This document shows positions 58,931 through 64,000 of a stretch of DNA of 64,000 nucleotides, piece after piece. The stretch is from Microgenomates group bacterium. GTDB taxonomy: Bacteria > Patescibacteriota > Microgenomatia > UBA1400 > MFAQ01. Both the position numbers and the translations under genes were made by a program. The notes under the pieces were generated by a model, which saw only the letters and a program-made list of their open reading frames with translations, made no database searches and was not told where the DNA came from. Numbering within the stretch: the stretch's first letter is position 1; every line of letters begins with the position of its first letter. Location of the stretch: assembly GCA_049303575.1 (NCBI GenBank), contig JBAQNH010000002.1:508541-572540 (forward strand), given 5' to 3'.

Positions 58931-60247
58931 ATGGGCAGAGAAATCGTCGTCGGTTTACATTTTTATCAACCTCCAAGAGAAGCAACTCACCCAACGCTCT
59001 CGACAATCTCCACCGATCCCCAAAATAAAAACTGGACCGCCATCATCGAAAAACAATGCTATGAACCCTTGGCTCAAGAGGGTATTCTTAATAAAGTTTC
59101 CTTTGATATCTATCAGTCGCTACTGCTTCAACTAGAAAAGATCAATCCGGAAACCGCCGCGATCTACCAAAAAACGATGAAGGAGAACGGGATAGGGGAG
59201 GCTTTTATTCACCCGATACTTCCCGATCTTTCTTTGTCAGACAAGTCCATCGTTATTTCGGCAGGAGTTAATCGGTTTAAAGAAATTACTGGGGTTAATC
59301 CAAAAATATTCTGGCCTCCGGAAACCGCCATCGACACCGAAACTCTCCATGTTCTCGCCGACAACGGTTATGAAGGTTTTGTCTGTGCTCCGGAACAGAT
59401 TATTCAAGCAAATGGTTCAGACTCAGACAATCAGCCAACAATTATCAATCTTGACCAAGGCAGACAAATAATTGCCTATCCTTTCGACAGGCCAATTAGC
59501 AATGACCTTGCCTTTAAAGAAAAACAAAACGCAGATACATTTACTCATACATATATTAAACCAAGGAGGGACGATACTCCTTCGAATCAAACACTGATTG
59601 CTTGGACAGACGCTGAAACATTTGGGCATTATTCTCCATTTGGTGATAAATTCCTTAAATATTTACTTGACTCCTCGTTACCAAGCATAGGATTATATCC
59701 TGTGTCAATTAATAATTTGAGTTTAGACAAATCAAAACTACCCACAGGGATAGTTAACGAAAGATCGGCATGGAGCTGTCCTCACGGTAATCTAATAAGA
59801 TGGTCAGGGTCATGTAACTGTCACTTAGGACAAGACACATCCTGGAAAGAGCCGTTTGTCTCAGCGATGAATTTTTTAAACAATAAAGTCTCTGGTATTC
59901 TCCAAACCGAAATTGGCCAAGGGTATGAGTCAATGGTGTCTGACAATTTTTACGAGCTCTATGTTCATCCCGAAAAAGTTAACAGCCCAAAGAAAGCACT
60001 TATCGCCGCTAAAATATCATCCCTAATAGCCAAAACCAGCTGTGCTACTTTCTTTTCCAGTCCGGAAGTTTCCGGGAAAATCAATCTTCTCTATGCCTAT
60101 CAATCTCTTCTCTATCTAAAAGATGCCGGTCTGGTTACTGCCTCCTCAAACACCGAAAAAATTCTTTTTGAAAAACTCGCTGCAGTTCGATACCCAAATG
60201 GAGAAAAAACTGCCTTGACTACTCTAAAAAAAATGCTGGATCGGTAG
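58931..60247 (+). CDS. GH57-family-like alpha-glucan enzyme
   Basis: N-terminal LHFYQPPRE (GH57 region I-like), AWTDAETFGHY (E..FG.. region). Confidence 0.45.
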   Translation: MGREIVVGLHFYQPPREATHPTLSTISTDPQNKNWTAIIEKQCYEPLAQEGILNKVSFDIYQSLLLQLEKINPETAAIYQKTMKENGIGEAFIHPILPDLSLSDKSIVISAGVNRFKEITGVNPKIFWPPETAIDTETLHVLADNGYEGFVCAPEQIIQANGSDSDNQPTIINLDQGRQIIAYPFDRPISNDLAFKEKQNADTFTHTYIKPRRDDTPSNQTLIAWTDAETFGHYSPFGDKFLKYLLDSSLPSIGLYPVSINNLSLDKSKLPTGIVNERSAWSCPHGNLIRWSGSCNCHLGQDTSWKEPFVSAMNFLNNKVSGILQTEIGQGYESMVSDNFYELYVHPEKVNSPKKALIAAKISSLIAKTSCATFFSSPEVSGKINLLYAYQSLLYLKDAGLVTASSNTEKILFEKLAAVRYPNGEKTALTTLKKMLDR

Positions 60248-60251
60248 GATA

Positions 60252-61343
60252 TTGGTATACTTAATTTACGCGATGAAAACTTTTCTTGACGATTCTAAGA
60301 TATATGGTCAATATGACACTCTTGATGTCTATGATTCTATTATCTCAACCGGTCAACAGTTTGAATCTGCCTGGCACGACTCACAATTTGTTAACTTAAA
60401 TTTTGAACCAGAAAAAATCAACAACATTGTTTTTGCTGGAATGGGAGGTTCAAACCTTCCAGCACACATTGTTCTCTCTCTTTCTCCTTTATTATTGAAA
60501 ATTCCATTTGAGATCATCTCTAACTATCGACTTCCTCAATACACTACCAAAGATACTCTCGTCATTCTGGCAAGTTACTCGGGAAACACCGAAGAAATTC
60601 TCTCCTGTGCCCAAGACGCCTCTAAACGACAAAGTAAAGTAGTCGTCATCACCACGGGAGGAAAACTAAGAGACCTGGCCGTTTCTGAGCACTGGCCCTT
60701 AATACTACTAGATGAAAAACTGAACCGTTCGCACGTTCCACGTTATGGTATCGGTTTAATGCTCGGTGCTGTCATGGGTTTAACGATTCGTCTTAATAAG
60801 GAAGCCTTTCGTTTTGTCGACCCTAAAGAAATAGTAAGAACCATCGAAAGGACTCTCGATTTGCTTAAAAACAATCAACCATCAAACGAAAATCCGGCAA
60901 AAGAATTTGCTCTTAAAAACAAGGGTATGTCTCTTATGATTTTTTCCGCCAATCACTTATCGGGGGTAGGAAAAATTTCCACCAATTTTATCAACGAAAC
61001 CTCAAAAACATTTTCTGCCTATTTCCAGTTACCGGAACTCAATCATCATCTTTTGGAAGGCCTAACTTTTCCTTTATCTCTCAAAGACCATACCCGATTT
61101 ATTCTCCTCAATTCCTCCCTCTACCCGGAAATAATTCAAAAAAGATTTCAGATCACCAAAGATGCCCTAATCAAACAACATTACCAGCTTACCGTTATCA
61201 AACCAGAATCGACCGATATCACCGCTCAAGTATTTGAGTCACTGGTCTTTTTAATGATGATTAGCTATTATTTAAGTATAGTCAACAAGCAAGACCCCGG
61301 AACTAATCCTTGGGTAGACTCCTTTAAAAAACAACTAACCTAA
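60252..61343 (+). CDS. SIS-domain bifunctional phosphoglucose/phosphomannose isomerase-like
   Basis: IVFAGMGGSNLPAHIV SIS signature; located between GH57-like and ppsA. Confidence 0.55.
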   Translation: MVYLIYAMKTFLDDSKIYGQYDTLDVYDSIISTGQQFESAWHDSQFVNLNFEPEKINNIVFAGMGGSNLPAHIVLSLSPLLLKIPFEIISNYRLPQYTTKDTLVILASYSGNTEEILSCAQDASKRQSKVVVITTGGKLRDLAVSEHWPLILLDEKLNRSHVPRYGIGLMLGAVMGLTIRLNKEAFRFVDPKEIVRTIERTLDLLKNNQPSNENPAKEFALKNKGMSLMIFSANHLSGVGKISTNFINETSKTFSAYFQLPELNHHLLEGLTFPLSLKDHTRFILLNSSLYPEIIQKRFQITKDALIKQHYQLTVIKPESTDITAQVFESLVFLMMISYYLSIVNKQDPGTNPWVDSFKKQLT

Positions 61344-63619
61344 TGCCCAACCTACCTGCCCTGGTATTACCATTCAGTAAAATTCACAAGGATGACATCC
61401 CCCTCGTCGGTGGAAAAGGTGCCAACTTGGGTGAAATGTACAACTTCGGTATTCCTGTTCCCAACGGCTTTGTCATCACCGCTCAAGCCTACGAAAAAGT
61501 AATCGAACACAACGCTCTCCAACCGGTCATCAGAGAAATCATCAAACAAACCGAGGTGACCAATCAAAAAGAACTCGAAAAATCGGCCATTAAGATCCAG
61601 CGCCTCATCCAAACAGCCGACATTCCTGCCGAACTTACAAAGGAAATCTTCGAAAGTTATTCTAGTTTAAAACCGGGGGATAAAAATCCTCTTGTTGCCG
61701 TTCGTTCGTCGGCAACGGCCGAAGATCTTCCCGATGCTTCATTTGCCGGACAACAAGAATCATTTTTAGACATTAAAGGTGAATCAAATTTAATACAAGC
61801 CGTTCGTAGCGCCTGGGGCTCCCTTTGGGGTGCCAGAGCCATTTTCTATCGAGCCACCAAGGGTTACAACCACTTCAAGGTACTTTTAGCTATTCCTGTT
61901 CAACTAATGGTTCAATCCGACGTTTCTGGCGTTCTCTTCTCCGTTAATCCTGTTACCGGCAACAAAAACCAAGTTGTTGTTGAAGCCGTTTGGGGACTCG
62001 GTGACTTCATGGTTCAAGGTGTAGTTAATCCGGACCACTACATTGTAAATAAGTCCGATCTTTCTATTCATTCTCGCCAGAACGTTCCTCAAACTGTTAT
62101 GGAAATCCACGACTATCCCAGCGGAGTCAAAAAGGTAAAAGTTCCGGAAAAAATGATCAATGCTCCCAAACTCACCGATGAAGAGGTAATTGAACTCGCA
62201 AAACTTTCCATGAAAATTCATCAGCATTATTACTTTCCCCAAGATAGCGAGTTTGCCATCGAAAATGGCAAAGTCTATCTGGTCCAAACGCGCCCCATCA
62301 CCACCCTCGACATGAGTAAGGGCGCCAAACAAATATCCGAATCCCAGTTGGTGAATTTAAAACAACTAATCCAAGGAGAACCCGCTTCATTTGGCATTGG
62401 TTTCGGCAAGGTAGTAAAAATTAAATCTGCCAAAGAAATAGACAAAGTAAAAAAGGGAGATGTCCTTGTTACCGAGATGACCGCTCCGGACTTTGTTCCG
62501 GCTATGAAAAGAGCCAGTGCCATTGTCACAGACAAAGGCGGTCAAACCTCCCACGCAGCTATTGTTTCAAGAGAGTTGGGAGTTCCGGCTATAGTTGGTA
62601 CTAAAACCGCTACCAAAATTCTCAAAGAAGATCAAATGGTTACCGTTAACGGCGCTACCGGCATTGTTTACAATGGCGTTCCTGAAAAAGGCAAGGCTGT
62701 TGCCGTTAAAGAGTTTAAGGAAGAAGAATTTCCCCAAACCGCTACCAAAGTTTATGTCAATCTAGGTGAACCGGAGCTTGCTTCAATCGTTGCTCAAGGA
62801 AATGCCGACGGCGTCGGTCTTCTCCGTGCAGAATTTATGATGGCCGAAATAGGTACTCACCCCAAGAAAATGATTCGTGATGGTAAAAGCCAAGTTTTTA
62901 TCGAAAAGCTGGCCGAAAGCATTATCAAATTTACTCACAGTTTTGGAGACAGACCAGTCATATATCGCGCTACCGACTTTAAATCTAATGAATATAAGAA
63001 TTTAATTGGGGGCCAAAACTATGAACCGACAGAGCCCAATCCTATGCTTGGATATCGAGGATGCTACCGTTACATTCTCGACGAACCGGTTTTTAATCTT
63101 GAACTGGAAGCCATCAAACTTGTCAGAAACAAGTATGGTTATAAAAACCTTCATCTCATGATTCCTTTCGTTAGAACGGTTGATGAGATGATCAAAGTCA
63201 AAAGAATTATCGCCTCCAGCGGCCTATCCAGATCCAACTCTTTCAAACTCTGGATGATGGTTGAAATTCCCTCCAACGTTATTCTTCTGGAAGATTTTAT
63301 TGCTACCGGTATTGACGGTGTTTCCATTGGATCAAACGATCTCACCATGTTAATTTTAGGTACGGATCGTGACAACGAAACCGTCGCGCCCGAGTTTGAC
63401 GAGAGAAACCCTGCCGTCCTTTGGGCTCTTGAGCACGTCGTCAAAACTGCCGCCAAACATCACATCACCTGTTCTCTCTGCGGTCAAGCCGCTAGCCAAT
63501 ATCCCGACCTTGTCGACAAATTAGTATCTTGGGGAATAACTTCCGTTTCCGTCAGTCCGGATGCCGTGGACAATACCAGAAGAGTAATCTCTTTGATAGA
63601 AAAAAGGCTACTTAAATAA
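61343..63619 (+). CDS. ppsA: Phosphoenolpyruvate synthase (pyruvate, water dikinase)
   Basis: ATP-grasp N-domain, phospho-His domain TDKGGQTSHAAIVSRELGVPAIVG, PEP-utilising C-domain; 758 aa. Confidence 0.85.
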   Translation: MPNLPALVLPFSKIHKDDIPLVGGKGANLGEMYNFGIPVPNGFVITAQAYEKVIEHNALQPVIREIIKQTEVTNQKELEKSAIKIQRLIQTADIPAELTKEIFESYSSLKPGDKNPLVAVRSSATAEDLPDASFAGQQESFLDIKGESNLIQAVRSAWGSLWGARAIFYRATKGYNHFKVLLAIPVQLMVQSDVSGVLFSVNPVTGNKNQVVVEAVWGLGDFMVQGVVNPDHYIVNKSDLSIHSRQNVPQTVMEIHDYPSGVKKVKVPEKMINAPKLTDEEVIELAKLSMKIHQHYYFPQDSEFAIENGKVYLVQTRPITTLDMSKGAKQISESQLVNLKQLIQGEPASFGIGFGKVVKIKSAKEIDKVKKGDVLVTEMTAPDFVPAMKRASAIVTDKGGQTSHAAIVSRELGVPAIVGTKTATKILKEDQMVTVNGATGIVYNGVPEKGKAVAVKEFKEEEFPQTATKVYVNLGEPELASIVAQGNADGVGLLRAEFMMAEIGTHPKKMIRDGKSQVFIEKLAESIIKFTHSFGDRPVIYRATDFKSNEYKNLIGGQNYEPTEPNPMLGYRGCYRYILDEPVFNLELEAIKLVRNKYGYKNLHLMIPFVRTVDEMIKVKRIIASSGLSRSNSFKLWMMVEIPSNVILLEDFIATGIDGVSIGSNDLTMLILGTDRDNETVAPEFDERNPAVLWALEHVVKTAAKHHITCSLCGQAASQYPDLVDKLVSWGITSVSVSPDAVDNTRRVISLIEKRLLK

Positions 63620-63620
63620 A

Positions 63621-64000
63621 ATGGCAAAAATAAAATCTGTTTATGCTAGAGAAATCCTCGACTCTCGTGGTAACCCAACCATAGAAACGACCATCTGGAC
63701 AGATAACAACCACGGTTCAGTTGCTTCAATTCCTAGCGGAGCATCAACCGGAAGACTGGAAGCATTTGAATTAAGAGATGGTGATCCGGAAAGATTCAAC
63801 GGTCTCGGAGTGTTAAAGGCGGTAGCTAATGTTAATCAAATCATAAGCAAGTACATCATCGGTCAAGACCCAACTCGTCAAAATAACATTGATCAAATTT
63901 TATTAAATCTCGATGGTACGGAAAACAAGTCAAAACTTGGTGCCAATGCCATGCTCTCGGTTTCACAAGCTTGTTTTGAGTTGGGTGCTGCTTGTGAAGA
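63621..64000 (+). CDS. eno: Enolase (partial, N-terminal 126 aa; continues past window)
   Basis: MAKIKSVYAREILDSRGNPTIETTI canonical start. Confidence 0.9.
   Translation, partial: MAKIKSVYAREILDSRGNPTIETTIWTDNNHGSVASIPSGASTGRLEAFELRDGDPERFNGLGVLKAVANVNQIISKYIIGQDPTRQNNIDQILLNLDGTENKSKLGANAMLSVSQACFELGAACE

Noticed and set aside
1-64000. CRISPR array / cas1-cas2 searched for because of the Cas4-like nucleases
   Set aside because: No regularly spaced direct repeats and no Cas1/Cas2-like ORFs anywhere in the window. The nucleases appear stand-alone.

Overview
This AT-rich (roughly 35-40 % GC by eye), gene-dense bacterial chromosomal segment is almost entirely coding and mostly housekeeping. 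The gene repertoire (SEDS protein, L21/L27/L19, ParB, LepB, GatCAB, DnaE, PolX, RuvCAB, HolA-like, pyruvate kinase, PpsA, enolase, GH57-like enzyme, Tgt/QueA, P-type ATPase, many small secreted hypotheticals), the compact overlapping genes and the lack of any respiratory-chain components fit a Candidate Phyla Radiation / Patescibacteria-type genome; that placement is an inference. I found 7 tRNA genes (Val-CAC, Gly-CCC, Thr-CGT, Asp-GTC, Glu-TTC, Lys-TTT; two encode CCA) and no rRNA, CRISPR array, transposase or integrase. Accessory-looking content: (i) a ~10.5 kb cell-surface glycan locus at 7.5-17.9 kb (3 GT4, 2 GT2, flippase, acyltransferase-3, methyltransferase, GT-C-like and O-antigen-ligase-like membrane proteins) next to a 970-aa secreted lectin/lipase/FN3 protein; (ii) a tRNA-Gly whose 3' 20 nt are repeated 772 bp downstream, bracketing a single unknown gene, which looks like an integration scar; (iii) a translationally coupled DUF45-metallohydrolase / DUF192 / PAP2 / Cas4-like Fe-S nuclease module, plus a second RecB-family nuclease 5 kb away, with no CRISPR array; (iv) a ~140-nt GC-rich, highly structured intergenic element at 46.5 kb that is a candidate ncRNA; (v) a membrane-anchored cytochrome-b5-domain protein in an otherwise fermentative-looking gene set. 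All calls rest on motif recognition by eye; no database search was possible.
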